DNA from: Candidatus Omnitrophota bacterium
Lineage (GTDB): Bacteria; Omnitrophota; Gorgyraeia; Gorgyraeales; Gorgyraeaceae
Assembly: GCA_043814965.1 (NCBI GenBank)
Contig: JBDRJN010000032.1
Coordinates: 20,126 to 84,125 of the forward strand
Reading direction: 5' to 3'
DNA: 64,000 nt
Below the pieces are notes generated by a model. That model was given only the letters and a program-made list of their open reading frames with translations, was not told the origin of the DNA and searched no databases. Positions 1-13,860 of this stretch are shown here, one piece after another (the stretch's first letter is position 1; each line of letters begins with the position of its first letter). Both the position numbers and the translations under genes were made by a program.

Positions 1-1249
1 TATCATTTGTCTCTGCTGATCTAGCCTGGTCAGCATCTTTTTGCGTCACATCCTGCTTTAATTCTTTTTCAGCTCCTATACTTACAGTATCAGTGACCTT
101 GTATTCGCTTCCTATGATCTGTTTATTGGTCAGTTCTTCTTTTTCATTCTTAGACTGCTCTATGGCATAGTTTATTTCTGTCTTATTCAATATCTCTTTT
201 TTTATAGACACTCCCTTGGTATCCTTATCGTACTTTAATGATATGTCTTTTAACCCAAGGACTTGAGTGATCTTATTGCCGGACCCAGAAAACACAAAAT
301 AATCTATAAGGTCCTTTGCAACATCAGGAGAGAACTCGCCTTTTGCCAGACTCATTTCAGTGCCTTGCCATGTCCTATTGGTAGCAAGCCTTAATAAAAG
401 CCTTTCTTTGGGAAGAGGCGGATCCGATGAAAGCCTTAGATCTGGGTTTTCTATGCTCCCCTTTAACCCTATATTGATCTTTGTGTCTCCTACAGTTGAA
501 GCGCCTTTTAGGTCAAAAGATGGAGTTTTGGGGTCTCCGTTAAAGAATATCTTACTTTTTTGTATATATATAACAGCTGTCTTTGGCCCTGATACTGAAC
601 CTTTGTCAATAGAAAGTCCTCCATACATATTCAACCCGGTCATGACATCAATCAATCCCAGGTCAAAGGATATTTGAGAGTCTACGATAGAAAAACTATT
701 ATTATAGGTAAGACGCCCCAGCTTTAGTCCTCCTGTGATATTCGGCCTGGATAAAGGCCCTTTTAAATAAATGTCTATATTATTTATATTTCCGGAGATA
801 TCTCTGAGTGAATCATTAGAAGTCAATAACTCCTTGATCATTGCCAGATCTAAAGAGCTGGAATATATATTAAAATTTAGATCATTATTTTCGCAGTCCC
901 CATGAAAGATCATTAAACCTATTCCTGGCATATTAAGTTTTCCGTTCTTTATACTAAAAGATATCCCTTCTAAACCAAGAGATTTGATGCGAGCGTCCAA
1001 TCTTCCGATATTAATAGTCGATCCGCCTGGCAGGCCTTTCAGGTCCTTTATCAATATGTTCTCGAAGGATACCTCCTCTGATATACTGCCATCTATCTCG
1101 TCAATACTGATCTCTTCTCCTCCGGAAAACCTGGAAAGGATAAATCTTACCATCATGCTCGAGCCTTGGGTCGTATAAAAAAGAAAATACCCCGAAGAAA
1201 AAATAAAAACGATAGTTATTAAAATTATAATATATATCTTTTTTTGCAT
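1..1249 (-). CDS. Membrane-anchored AsmA/TamB-like envelope protein, N-terminal ~415 aa. The gene runs off the window start and is missing from the ORF track.
   Basis: Hand translation of the minus strand from the ATG at ~1249 gives MQKKIYIIILITIVFIFSSGYFLF (TM anchor) followed by >400 aa with no stop down to position 1. It is rich in beta-strand repeats. The + ORFs at 360..677 and 984..1178 lie inside it and are spurious. Confidence 0.45.
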   Translation of the reverse strand, partial: MQKKIYIIILITIVFIFSSGYFLFYTTQGSSMMVRFILSRFSGGEEISIDEIDGSISEEVSFENILIKDLKGLPGGSTINIGRLDARIKSLGLEGISFSIKNGKLNMPGIGLMIFHGDCENNDLNFNIYSSSLDLAMIKELLTSNDSLRDISGNINNIDIYLKGPLSRPNITGGLKLGRLTYNNSFSIVDSQISFDLGLIDVMTGLNMYGGLSIDKGSVSGPKTAVIYIQKSKIFFNGDPKTPSFDLKGASTVGDTKINIGLKGSIENPDLRLSSDPPLPKERLLLRLATNRTWQGTEMSLAKGEFSPDVAKDLIDYFVFSGSGNKITQVLGLKDISLKYDKDTKGVSIKKEILNKTEINYAIEQSKNEKEELTNKQIIGSEYKVTDTVSIGAEKELKQDVTQKDADQARSAETND

Positions 1250-1292
1250 ATTATGCCGGAAAAATAATTATCATCATTGCAGCGCTTCTACC

Positions 1293-2357
1293 CTAACCTG
1301 AAATAACTTTTTCATACAAAGCAATATAATCCTCCACCATCCTTTTTCTAGAATAGTTCTCTTCTACATGCTTTCTGCAATCTCCTGGGTTTATCTTGTC
1401 TACTTTTTTTATAGCCTCTACCATATCACTTTCTGTATCAACTACAAATCCAGTCTTGCCATCTATTATTACTTCTGGGGCTGCGCCTCTTTTAAGGGCG
1501 ATCACAGGGGTCCCGCATGCCATAGATTCTATCATAACTAGCCCGAAAGGCTCTTCCCATTGGCTGGTAAATAAAGTGCACTTTGCCCTCCTGTATAGAT
1601 CTTCTAGCATATCCCTTGGGAGGTCTTCGTGAAGTTTTAATATCAGGCCTTTTGGAAAATTATCTATAAGGGGTTTTATCTCTTTTCTAAAAAAATCTTT
1701 TTCGAATTCCTCGCTCATCTTGACAGCCATGACCAGGTTTACATTTGCCTTGTCCGCAACACGTATTGCCATTTCAAGGCCCTTTTCCCAGTTTACACGG
1801 CCTACAAAAAGAAAGAAATCTTCCTTTATCTCACTGCAATCTACAGCATTAACATCTATAGAATTATGTACAGTGCCTATAAAATTAATATGGCTATTAA
1901 GCATAAGGTGGTTTTTCTTTTGGTTCTCTGATATAGAGACAAAATAATGGGATTTGTCTTTTGATAATTCTACGCATTTATTTATAGTAGCCTCATTTGC
2001 CGGGCCGTGTAAAGTATGTATAACTGGTATCTCGATATTGCTTGGCCGCTTGGAAAGCATATGATTGTGTATTATGTCTACTTTTTCATGAGCTGCCATG
2101 CTGTAAGTATATTTACTGGCTAGTTCCCCTACGAATAATTTTTCTCTCAAGGTAGATTCTAGGCCTAATTTGAGTTCGGTTTCTTCAAGATATGGGAAGA
2201 GCCGTGAAGAGACCTTTGAGTCTCTTGGCGCAAATAATAAGACATCGTGCCCCAAAGATACCAGGCCTTCTGCAAGATTATATACAACTAATTCTATACC
2301 GCCATAACGCAGCGGGGGAACAGGTATCCATGGAGGCGCCATAATAGCTATCTTCAT
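1293..2357 (-). CDS. GT4-family glycosyltransferase
   Basis: 354 aa. Carries the EX7E-type C-terminal motif (EPFGLVMIESMACGTPVIA) and the GT-B fold signature. Confidence 0.8.
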   Translation of the reverse strand: MKIAIMAPPWIPVPPLRYGGIELVVYNLAEGLVSLGHDVLLFAPRDSKVSSRLFPYLEETELKLGLESTLREKLFVGELASKYTYSMAAHEKVDIIHNHMLSKRPSNIEIPVIHTLHGPANEATINKCVELSKDKSHYFVSISENQKKNHLMLNSHINFIGTVHNSIDVNAVDCSEIKEDFFLFVGRVNWEKGLEMAIRVADKANVNLVMAVKMSEEFEKDFFRKEIKPLIDNFPKGLILKLHEDLPRDMLEDLYRRAKCTLFTSQWEEPFGLVMIESMACGTPVIALKRGAAPEVIIDGKTGFVVDTESDMVEAIKKVDKINPGDCRKHVEENYSRKRMVEDYIALYEKVISG

Positions 2358-2362
2358 AATAT

Positions 2363-2926
2363 TTACATATTCCCTATTTTACTGATCAAGTTTCTTCTTC
2401 CAGTATAGCTAAAAGTATCGCTTACTGTACGGATATCCTCTATAGTATAAAATGCCTTTGGATTAAAACGTTTTATAGTATCTACTGCTTTTGGCATGTC
2501 TTGTCTTTTTAGAATAGTATAGATAATATTTACTTTTCCAGACACACCCTGTCCATCAACACTTGTCACTCCATACCCCTGGTCTTTTAAAAATTCGACT
2601 AGCTGTGTCGCGTCTTTACGGGTGATGACCCTTATTACTTGAATACCTATCGCGAGTTTTTCTTCTATGATCATGCCCACCCATGTACCAGCAGCAAATC
2701 CCCCTGCAAAAGAAATATAACAAGCAATATTAGAAAGATTCAAAAATACCTGCCTTATTGCAAAAAGCCAGATAATTACCTGCACAAAACCCAGGAACGG
2801 CACTATATTTTTCTTGCCTCTTGAGATAAGCAGTATCCTGATCGTATCTAAAGATACATCCGTAACCCTTGCAAAAAATATCAATATGGGTAAGACCACC
2901 CATTGGAATAAAGATGAATCTGACAC
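2363..2926 (-). CDS. YitT-like membrane protein with a DUF2179 C-terminal domain
   Basis: 187 aa. N-terminal TM helices, then a C-terminal DUF2179-like segment (VTSVDGQG...AFYTIEDI). Confidence 0.55.
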   Translation of the reverse strand: MSDSSLFQWVVLPILIFFARVTDVSLDTIRILLISRGKKNIVPFLGFVQVIIWLFAIRQVFLNLSNIACYISFAGGFAAGTWVGMIIEEKLAIGIQVIRVITRKDATQLVEFLKDQGYGVTSVDGQGVSGKVNIIYTILKRQDMPKAVDTIKRFNPKAFYTIEDIRTVSDTFSYTGRRNLISKIGNM

Positions 2927-2942
2927 TGCGCGCTATCCTTTC

Positions 2943-3614
2943 TTAGAGAAGCTTTTCTCCCCTCAATATATTAGGCAATTGAGATTGGTCTATCCTGATA
3001 CCGCCATCGTGTTCTATTTTTAATGTATAGAGCATCCCTGGTACAAATATGTTCCCGGGCGCTTCTATCTGTGCGTTCTTTATACCTGTCTTTTTTCTTT
3101 TAGCTTCATCCAATGCATATTCCCAAAAACTATTCCAAAGCTTTTCTTCAAAAATATTTTTCGATCCTTCTATACGATAACCATCCGGAACATTGTAATA
3201 ACTTGTTATTTCATACTCCTCGGTGTTTGCTCCATCCAGCATGAACGCCTTTAAAAATATATAGGCGCTCTTGCCCTTCAATCTATCTAAAGATCTTACA
3301 TGTATATCATCAAAACGTATCACTAGCGACTGAAACTGTATGATATTGCCGCTAAAAGTAAAATATTTAGCCTCCAAAGGCTGTCCTTTTGAATCGTATT
3401 CCAAGAATTTTATAGTAGTAAGGTTCTTTTTTTCTTTTTCATCATAATTTACCCCTGTAACTAATACCTCGGCGAGTCTAGAATCAGCCTCCAATCTTGA
3501 AATTATTTGTCTCAATATTCTGTTTTCATTCGTATATCTAAAATACAAAAAACCCCCTAAAAGACATAAACATATAAATATTGATATTAGAATATTTCTT
3601 AATAGGGCTTTCAT
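2943..3614 (-). CDS. Hypothetical membrane-anchored protein
   Basis: 223 aa with an N-terminal hydrophobic anchor (ILISIFICLCLLGGFLYF). I recognise no family. Confidence 0.45.
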   Translation of the reverse strand: MKALLRNILISIFICLCLLGGFLYFRYTNENRILRQIISRLEADSRLAEVLVTGVNYDEKEKKNLTTIKFLEYDSKGQPLEAKYFTFSGNIIQFQSLVIRFDDIHVRSLDRLKGKSAYIFLKAFMLDGANTEEYEITSYYNVPDGYRIEGSKNIFEEKLWNSFWEYALDEAKRKKTGIKNAQIEAPGNIFVPGMLYTLKIEHDGGIRIDQSQLPNILRGEKLL

Positions 3615-3760
3615 ATTCCTGTACCTCTTTTCTCAGGGAATCCTTCCTTATGCTGAAACTAATAACATTATACGAGACTTGTATTTATTAGGCAAGAGGT
3701 AAGAAGTTGGGAAATACCTGCGTTAGCAAGGCCACAGAAATAATATGTGGTTAGCTATGG

Positions 3761-6753
<2,993 letters not shown>

Positions 6754-6853
6754 TTAATGAGTATTGAAGTTGCGTAAAATTTATTTTTCGCAACTTCACT
6801 CCTTTCTTTTATTTCTTTTGAAAATGCGAATTATATCCGCCTCAGGCGGATGT

Positions 6854-9800
6854 CTATTTTAAAAAATCTTGTATACTTTTTACATCAAAATCTTCTTTCA
6901 ATACGCTTTCTATGCCATTTACAGCTGCTTGCGCTCCCTGCATAGTAGTTATGCATGGGACCCCATGCATAACTGCTAGATTTCTTATAGGTTTCATATC
7001 TGATTGACTCCTTTGACCAGTAGGAGTATTTATAATAAGCTTTAACTCATTGGTCTCGATCAATTTCAATATATCTTCATCTCCTTCTGAGATCTTGCCA
7101 ACGACCATTACTTTTATGTTGTTGGATGAAAGCGCTTTTCCTGTGCCTGATGTAGCGATTATCTCAAAGCCCATATCAAAAAGCTTTTTTGCAATAAAGA
7201 CTATATTGCGCTTATCACTGTTTTTAACACTTATAAACACTTTTCCTTTTAAAGGAAGCACAACTCCTGCGGCGAGCTGTGATTTATAGAACGCCTTTCC
7301 AAATGTAGAGTCTATCCCCATAACTTCCCCTGTTGACTTCATCTCAGGCCCTAATAATATATCCACGCCTGAAAACCTGGTAAAAGGGAGCACTGATTCC
7401 TTGACAGAGACATGCGTTACTTCCTTTTCTTTTGTGATCCCAAGTTCTTTAAGAGTAAGGCCTGCCATGACCTTTGACGCTATCTTTGCCAGAGGCACGC
7501 CTGTGGATTTACTTACAAAAGGTACTGTACGGGATGCCCTGGGGTTCACTTCCAATACATATACAATATCCCCTTTTACTGCAAACTGTATATTCATAAG
7601 GCCTATCACTTTCAATTCTTTCGAAAGTGAAAGCGCGTGTTTTTTTATCTTATCTATTATATCTTTTCCTAAAGTATAAGGCGGAAGGACACATGCTGAA
7701 TCCCCCGAATGCACACCTGCTTCTTCTATGTGTTCCATTATACCGCCTATTATCGTATCTTTTCCATCCGAGATACAATCCACGTCCACTTCTATCGCGT
7801 CTTCCAAAAATTTATCTATAAGGATCGGGCCTTCTTCTGAAGCCTCTTGAGCTTCTATGATGAATTCCTTTAAAGATTCTTCATCATAGACTATCTTCAT
7901 GGCCCTTCCGCCTAATACATAGCTAGGCCTTACAAGCACTGGATAGCCTATTTGGGATGCTATTTTTATCGCCTCATCTTGTGATGTAGCAGAACCATTT
8001 GGCGGTTGAGCGATCTTTAATTTTTTAAGAATGGCTGCGAACTTATCCCTGTTTTCAGCATCATCTATCGACTTTACGCTTGTACCGATAATAGGGGCGC
8101 CTGCTTTTTCAAGCTTATGGGCCAGATTCAAAGGGGTCTGGCCTCCGAATTGAACTATCACGCCGTCTGGTTTTTCCTTATCAATAATATTCATAACATC
8201 TTCGAATGTCAGGGGCTCAAAATATAACTTATCAGATGTATCATAGTCGGTCGAGACCGTCTCAGGATTTGAATTTACCATGATAGTCTCATATCCTAAT
8301 TCTTTTAATGCAAAAGAAGCGTGGCAACAACAGTAGTCAAATTCTATGCCCTGGCCTATCCTATTAGGCCCCCCGCCAAGTATCATTATCTTTTTCTTAT
8401 CTGATACCCTTGCTTCACATTCACTTTCGTAGGTTGAATAATAATAAGGCGTGTATGCTTCAAATTCTGCCGCGCAAGTATCGACAAGCTTAAATGTAGC
8501 GATGATACTTTCCTTTTTTCTCAAATTTCTTATCTCTTCTTCTCTGACTCCAGCCATATTGGCAAGCTGAGCATCGCTAAAACCATTTTCTTTTGCTAAT
8601 CTTAAGGTTTCTTTGGTAAATTTTCCTGACTTTTTAAGTTCAGTCTCAAGATTTCTTTCTATCTCGACAAGTTCTTCTATGTTCGCTATAAACCATGGGT
8701 CGATCCCTGTATACTTACAGATCTCTTCAAGCGTATAACCTTTCTGGAGCGCGTATTTTATATAAAAGATCCTTGATGCGTTCGGTTCGCTAAGCCTATG
8801 CTCTATCTTTTCGGCTGATATATCTTTATAATCCAGTTTATTATCTAACCCGACATGGCTTATCTCAAGGCCTCTTAGAGCCTTTTGTAAAGATTCCTTG
8901 AATGTCCTGCCTATTGCCATAGTCTCTCCGACTGATTTCATCTGTATCCCAAGGATATCTTTTGCTTCAGGGAATTTTTCGAATGTAAACCTAGGGACCT
9001 TTACTACGCAGTAATCTATCGCAGGCTCAAAACTAGCTGGCGTTTCTTTCGTAATATCATTTTGTATCTCGTCAAGCGTATAGCCTACTGCTAATTTTGC
9101 AGCGAATTTTGCGATAGGAAAACCTGTTGCCTTGCTTGCAAGAGCTGATGAGCGGGAGACCCTCGGGTTCATCTCTATAACTACCATCCTGCCGTCTTTA
9201 GGATCGACCGCAAATTGTATATTAGAGCCTCCCGTTTCGACCCCTATTTCTCTAATTATGGCAATAGAGGCATCCCTCATCTTCTGGTATTCCCTATCAG
9301 TCAAAGTCTGCTGAGGAGCGACTGTTATAGAATCTCCCGTATGGATACCCATTGGGTCAAAATTCTCTATAGAACAGACTATCACCACATTGTCCCTTTT
9401 ATCCCTCATGACTTCGAGCTCATACTCTTTCCATCCCAGTATAGACTCTTCTATCAAGATCTCGTTTATCATTGAACTCTTTAGCCCTAGAGAAACTATT
9501 TTTTCAAACTCTTCCTTTGTCCTGGCGAACCCACCGCCAGTCCCTCCCAGAGTAAAGCTAGGCCTTATTATAAGAGGAAGCCCTATCTCTTTCATGACTC
9601 GCCTTGCATCATCCATGTTGTACGCAAGCCCGCTTTTTGGAAGGTCCAAACCTATCTTTATCATTGCTTTTTTAAAACATTCTCTATCTTCAGCCTTTTT
9701 GATCACCTCGTAATCAGCCCCTATCATCTCTACATTATATTTTTTAAGCACTCCGTCCTCTACCAGCTTCATCGCAGTATTGAGCCCTGTCTGGCCGCCC

Positions 9801-10069
9801 AAAGTAGGAAGAAGCGCATCTGGCCTTTCCTTTGCTATTATCTTCTCCACTACACGTGGTGTAATAGGCTCTATATAAATATAAGGCGCTGTCTCTGGAT
9901 CTGTCATTATAGTGGCTGGGTTCGAATTGATAAGGACCACCTCATAACCTTCTTCTTTTAAGGCCTTGCAAGCCTGAGTACCGGAATAATCAAATTCACA
10001 AGCCTGGCCTATTATTATAGGCCCTGATCCAATTATTAATATTTTCTTTATATCAGTTCTTTTTGGCAT
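6854..10069 (-). CDS. carB: Carbamoyl-phosphate synthase large subunit
   Basis: 1071 aa with duplicated ATP-grasp halves and an MGS-like C-terminus. Confidence 0.95.
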   Translation of the reverse strand: MPKRTDIKKILIIGSGPIIIGQACEFDYSGTQACKALKEEGYEVVLINSNPATIMTDPETAPYIYIEPITPRVVEKIIAKERPDALLPTLGGQTGLNTAMKLVEDGVLKKYNVEMIGADYEVIKKAEDRECFKKAMIKIGLDLPKSGLAYNMDDARRVMKEIGLPLIIRPSFTLGGTGGGFARTKEEFEKIVSLGLKSSMINEILIEESILGWKEYELEVMRDKRDNVVIVCSIENFDPMGIHTGDSITVAPQQTLTDREYQKMRDASIAIIREIGVETGGSNIQFAVDPKDGRMVVIEMNPRVSRSSALASKATGFPIAKFAAKLAVGYTLDEIQNDITKETPASFEPAIDYCVVKVPRFTFEKFPEAKDILGIQMKSVGETMAIGRTFKESLQKALRGLEISHVGLDNKLDYKDISAEKIEHRLSEPNASRIFYIKYALQKGYTLEEICKYTGIDPWFIANIEELVEIERNLETELKKSGKFTKETLRLAKENGFSDAQLANMAGVREEEIRNLRKKESIIATFKLVDTCAAEFEAYTPYYYSTYESECEARVSDKKKIMILGGGPNRIGQGIEFDYCCCHASFALKELGYETIMVNSNPETVSTDYDTSDKLYFEPLTFEDVMNIIDKEKPDGVIVQFGGQTPLNLAHKLEKAGAPIIGTSVKSIDDAENRDKFAAILKKLKIAQPPNGSATSQDEAIKIASQIGYPVLVRPSYVLGGRAMKIVYDEESLKEFIIEAQEASEEGPILIDKFLEDAIEVDVDCISDGKDTIIGGIMEHIEEAGVHSGDSACVLPPYTLGKDIIDKIKKHALSLSKELKVIGLMNIQFAVKGDIVYVLEVNPRASRTVPFVSKSTGVPLAKIASKVMAGLTLKELGITKEKEVTHVSVKESVLPFTRFSGVDILLGPEMKSTGEVMGIDSTFGKAFYKSQLAAGVVLPLKGKVFISVKNSDKRNIVFIAKKLFDMGFEIIATSGTGKALSSNNIKVMVVGKISEGDEDILKLIETNELKLIINTPTGQRSQSDMKPIRNLAVMHGVPCITTMQGAQAAVNGIESVLKEDFDVKSIQDFLK

Positions 10070-10178
10070 ATCGTACCTTTAGTATGTCTGACAGGCAATC
10101 TAAATTGTAATGCGGGAGAATAAGGTGCACAAAATAAAGATGCTTTTTTCAGGACTCCCGGCCTGTCAGAAATAATCA

Positions 10179-11252
10179 CTACTGATCTATCATACTAATA
10201 AAATCATCAAATAAATACTCTGCGTCATGAGGGCCTGGGCCATGTTCAGGGTGAAACTGCACGCTGAACATAGGGTGTTTTTTATGGCGCATGCCTTCAA
10301 GCGTGTTATCATTAAGATTTATATGGGTTATATCTATATCTTCTTTATTCAATGAATCTATATCTACGCAAAATCCATGGTTCTGGCTCGTAATAACTAC
10401 TTTACCGCTTCTTATATCCTTTACAGGATGATTACCTCCATGATGGCCGAACTTCAGCTTATATGTCCTGCCTCCTAGGGCGATCCCAAGCATCTGGTGC
10501 CCCAAACAGATACCAAAAATAGGCACTTTACCTAAAATGTTTTTCAGTGTTTCTATCTCATATGTAACTGCTTCCGGATCTCCCGGGCCATTAGAAACCA
10601 ATACACCATCCGGCTTATGGCCCAAGATCTCTTTTGCGGATGAAACAGCAGGTACTACTATTACTTTGCAGTCTCTTTTTTCTAAGTTTCTTAAGATATT
10701 AAATTTTACACCAGAATCGATCACAACTATCTTTCTTGAGCCTTTATCACTCCATATAAAAGGCTCTTTATGCACAACCTCTTTTACAAGGTCTACACCT
10801 ACCAGGCCTAAGGAAGATCTCGCTTTTTTAACAAGGCTTTCATCATCCAGGTCTTCTGTTGATAATACTGCTTTCATCGCGCCCTTAAGCCTAATATGCC
10901 TGGTAAGGGCTCTCGTATCAATGCCTTGTATCCCTATAATATTATGTTCTTTTAAGTATTCGTCCAAAGGCTTCTTGGCTCTAAAATTACTGACTACCCT
11001 ACTAAGCTCTTTTATAACAAAACCTTCTAAAAAGATACCTCTTGATTCATTGTCTTCATCGTTTATTCCGTAATTACCTATCAATGGATAAGTCATAGTA
11101 ACTATCTGGCCTTTATAGGATGGGTCTGTCAATATCTCCTGGTAGCCCGAGAGAGATGTATTAAAAACCACTTCTCCTGTTCTCTCTCCGCGCGCACCAA
11201 AAGAGCGACCTTCAAATACCTTTCCGTCTTCAAGCGCTAATTTTATATTCAT
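10179..11252 (-). CDS. carA: Carbamoyl-phosphate synthase small subunit. The start is trimmed to MNIKLALEDG.
   Basis: CarA N-domain (EVVFNTSLSGYQEILTDPSY) and a GATase with GICLGHQ. The track start at 11303 would overlap the upstream gene by 50 nt. The internal Met matches canonical CarA N-termini. Confidence 0.9.
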   Translation of the reverse strand: MNIKLALEDGKVFEGRSFGARGERTGEVVFNTSLSGYQEILTDPSYKGQIVTMTYPLIGNYGINDEDNESRGIFLEGFVIKELSRVVSNFRAKKPLDEYLKEHNIIGIQGIDTRALTRHIRLKGAMKAVLSTEDLDDESLVKKARSSLGLVGVDLVKEVVHKEPFIWSDKGSRKIVVIDSGVKFNILRNLEKRDCKVIVVPAVSSAKEILGHKPDGVLVSNGPGDPEAVTYEIETLKNILGKVPIFGICLGHQMLGIALGGRTYKLKFGHHGGNHPVKDIRSGKVVITSQNHGFCVDIDSLNKEDIDITHINLNDNTLEGMRHKKHPMFSVQFHPEHGPGPHDAEYLFDDFISMIDQ

Positions 11253-11253
11253 T

Positions 11254-13839
11254 TCAAGGCCTTTTCGATTCTTGGAAACATATAAGTCTTTGTGATACAA
11301 CATCTGACATGATCCTTAATTTTTTATCCTCTACATCATATACACTTACGACACCTTCATACTTTATGGATCCCGGCATAAGTCTTTTAAAAGAGTCTTC
11401 CAGCTGCTTAAACCATTCATTATTCAACGAGACGTCTTTCTTTTCCGGAAAGAGAGCAATATAAAATATATTTGTCTCCACTAAATCCTGGAAAAAGTGT
11501 GTCCCAAAAGATAACTCTGGCATCAGATTGCCAGCTGAAAAAGCGATCTCTGCTAGAACTGTTACATTATTTATCTCGGCAAATTTTACTGGTACGCCCA
11601 AAGACGGGGTCGTAGTGCCCCATCTCCCAGGCCCCATCAGAAGAGTAGGCAGCGTAAGCCTATCTTCGATGCTCCTGTTAAGATTTCCCACTATGCGCGC
11701 GATCTCATATTTGTCTGACAACGTAAGTTTACTATATCCTTCAGGATCAACATATATTATCCTTTTTATACATTGCGAGATGTTTCCCCCTAGAAAATAC
11801 CCTTGCGATCTAAAGAATATATCTTCTTCCTTTATAGCCTCTGGTATCTCGACTTTATTACTCAATCCCCATGTCTGTAGAGGCCTGCACTGCAATAGAT
11901 TTACCTTGAACGTACCATCATTTGTAAAATTTACTGTGAATTCTATTTCAACAGGATAATTATAGCTTTCTTCGAGCGCCCTCAATATCTTCCTAAAAGA
12001 ACCCGCTATCTTATTATCTTTAAACACATTATCAAGTGTCAAGATCCAGTATTCTTTTTCTTTCATGGAGCTTTCTTTCATCATTCGCATGGCTTCATAG
12101 TCTTTCACTGCCATACGGTCCAGGCCCATATATATATTTTTATCTACGAGGTCTCCAAAAGCAATAGTCTGGAATGCGTTTTCTTTTGTATTTATAATAT
12201 CGACTTCGTGCTGTGAAAATTTTCTTAGGTCATCTTTTTCCGCATATGGCCTTTTCAAAGGATCATCAAGCACGACCATCCTAGGATAATCGCCTTCAAC
12301 GCGGTTAACCGCCCTTGTTCCAAGACCGAACACCAGCCTAAGCATACCAGCTTTTGGGTCCATGCTCTCATTCCAAACATATGTATTGTGGGATATGCCG
12401 ACCCCTGCAAGATCAGGAAAAAAATAATATTTATGATGCGCTCCTGAAACCCTCTGCACCAAGAGCGCCATCTGTTCATCTAGCTTATCAAGCCCTCTTT
12501 GTTTTCTATACACAAGCGCGTCTTCGCTCATAGTGCTTGCATATATCCTCTTTACAGCATCCGCAAATTGAAGATACCTTTGTTCAGGCGTACCTTGATT
12601 TGCTAAAAATATACTTTCGTATTTTCCGGCAAATGCATTACCAAACCCATCTTCCAGGAGAGAGCTTGAACGTATTATAATAGGTGATGACCCAAAATAT
12701 TCTATGATCTGCTGGAAATGCTCCATTATATTCTCTGAGAACACCCCGTAAAGCATCTTGTCTTTCAATAGCTTCGCTGTCTTGTAATATCCTTCTTCTG
12801 TCTTTTGCTGCATGCGTAATTTCCACAATTTGTTCTCGACAATATATGAATAAAAGATATCGGATCCTATATAAAATGAGTCGTGCGGCTCTGAGAGGTT
12901 TTTCCAATCAATGGACTTGGCCTTCGATAGGATCTCCCGGGCCAAAAGCATCCCTACTGTCTTACCTCCGACAAAACCTGTTCCTATCAGCCGTGATTTT
13001 ATATCTATGATCTTCTCCAGAGAAAAATTTCGCACTGCTAGGGACAGGATCTTCTTGTTTTTTGTGATCATTATGCTGCATAATTTTTTTATGGTGCTAT
13101 TTATCTTTTCTTTTGAAGCACCGTTCCTGGCCAATCCTTCTGCCTCCAGGAACAGGCGGTCCCAGTAATCAAGGTTCCTCTTTGCGCTTTCTGCTCCTTT
13201 TTCTCGGATATATGAAAGTATTTTTACAGCATTAACGCTGTCAGCGATAGGAATATATTTATTTTTATTTCTTTGATGAGGGAGGAACATCGTAGGCGAA
13301 TATCTGTTCCATACTTTCAATGGATGTATATAAGAGCTCCCCTCGCAATGATACACATCCATAAGTAATTGTGTTGTCTCGCGTATACACGCTATAGATT
13401 TAAAAGAATGGTTGTTGCGCAATATAGAAAAATATGTAACGGTCTTGAGTTCATAAAGATAAGGGCATGTCACCATGAAAAAATTTCCTATCATAAGGTC
13501 AGTAGCCCATGCCAAAAGAAGCTCTGACAGGCAATCAAATACATAATATGCCCCTTCGCCTTCCTGTGTAATAATATTGTTTATTTTAGTAGTAAAAGAC
13601 TCGAATCCCGCATAAGCATTGAGCTCATAACGCTTAATACCCTTTGAAGGCTTGAGCAATTCCTTATGAGAAGCAAACCTCATATATATAATGTTCTTTT
13701 TATCTTTTAGGGCTTGATCTACAAAAGGCTTTGCAAGATCAATATAGTCTTTTATATCATCTATCTGCCAGACTACATTGTCTCCTGTCTTAAGCCCTGT
13801 TATTACATCATCCAGACCCTTGATGCCAGTACTTATCAT
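11254..13839 (-). CDS. PEP/pyruvate-binding (PPDK_N-type ATP-grasp) domain protein with a degenerate RecA/KaiC-like N-terminal domain
   Basis: 861 aa. The middle and C-terminus carry GGKTVGML, IIRSSSLLEDGFGNAFAGKYESI and LVQRVSGAHH, which are typical of the PEP synthase / PPDK nucleotide-binding domain. The N-terminus (GIKGLDDVITGL..G.NVVWQ) resembles a KaiC/RadA fold but lacks a Walker A motif. I saw no phosphohistidine swivel domain. Confidence 0.65.
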   Translation of the reverse strand: MISTGIKGLDDVITGLKTGDNVVWQIDDIKDYIDLAKPFVDQALKDKKNIIYMRFASHKELLKPSKGIKRYELNAYAGFESFTTKINNIITQEGEGAYYVFDCLSELLLAWATDLMIGNFFMVTCPYLYELKTVTYFSILRNNHSFKSIACIRETTQLLMDVYHCEGSSYIHPLKVWNRYSPTMFLPHQRNKNKYIPIADSVNAVKILSYIREKGAESAKRNLDYWDRLFLEAEGLARNGASKEKINSTIKKLCSIMITKNKKILSLAVRNFSLEKIIDIKSRLIGTGFVGGKTVGMLLAREILSKAKSIDWKNLSEPHDSFYIGSDIFYSYIVENKLWKLRMQQKTEEGYYKTAKLLKDKMLYGVFSENIMEHFQQIIEYFGSSPIIIRSSSLLEDGFGNAFAGKYESIFLANQGTPEQRYLQFADAVKRIYASTMSEDALVYRKQRGLDKLDEQMALLVQRVSGAHHKYYFFPDLAGVGISHNTYVWNESMDPKAGMLRLVFGLGTRAVNRVEGDYPRMVVLDDPLKRPYAEKDDLRKFSQHEVDIINTKENAFQTIAFGDLVDKNIYMGLDRMAVKDYEAMRMMKESSMKEKEYWILTLDNVFKDNKIAGSFRKILRALEESYNYPVEIEFTVNFTNDGTFKVNLLQCRPLQTWGLSNKVEIPEAIKEEDIFFRSQGYFLGGNISQCIKRIIYVDPEGYSKLTLSDKYEIARIVGNLNRSIEDRLTLPTLLMGPGRWGTTTPSLGVPVKFAEINNVTVLAEIAFSAGNLMPELSFGTHFFQDLVETNIFYIALFPEKKDVSLNNEWFKQLEDSFKRLMPGSIKYEGVVSVYDVEDKKLRIMSDVVSQRLICFQESKRP

Positions 13840-13860
13840 TTTAAAGACCCCTCGTATAGA

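Noticed and set aside
360-1178. Plus-strand track ORFs 360..677 and 984..1178
   Set aside because: They lie inside a long uninterrupted minus-strand reading frame (1..1249) that has a TM anchor and a coherent start. They are low-complexity antisense frames with no SD.
3615-3760. Imperfect hairpin (GCCACA...TGTGG) downstream of pyrG as a terminator
   Set aside because: The stem is short and imperfect, and there is no U tract. It is not convincing.
11254-11303. A 50-nt overlap between carA and the upstream ATP-grasp gene, as implied by the ORF track
   Set aside because: The carA N-terminus aligns from the internal Met (MNIKLALEDG) at ~11252. The longer track start is an upstream in-frame extension, not a real overlap.
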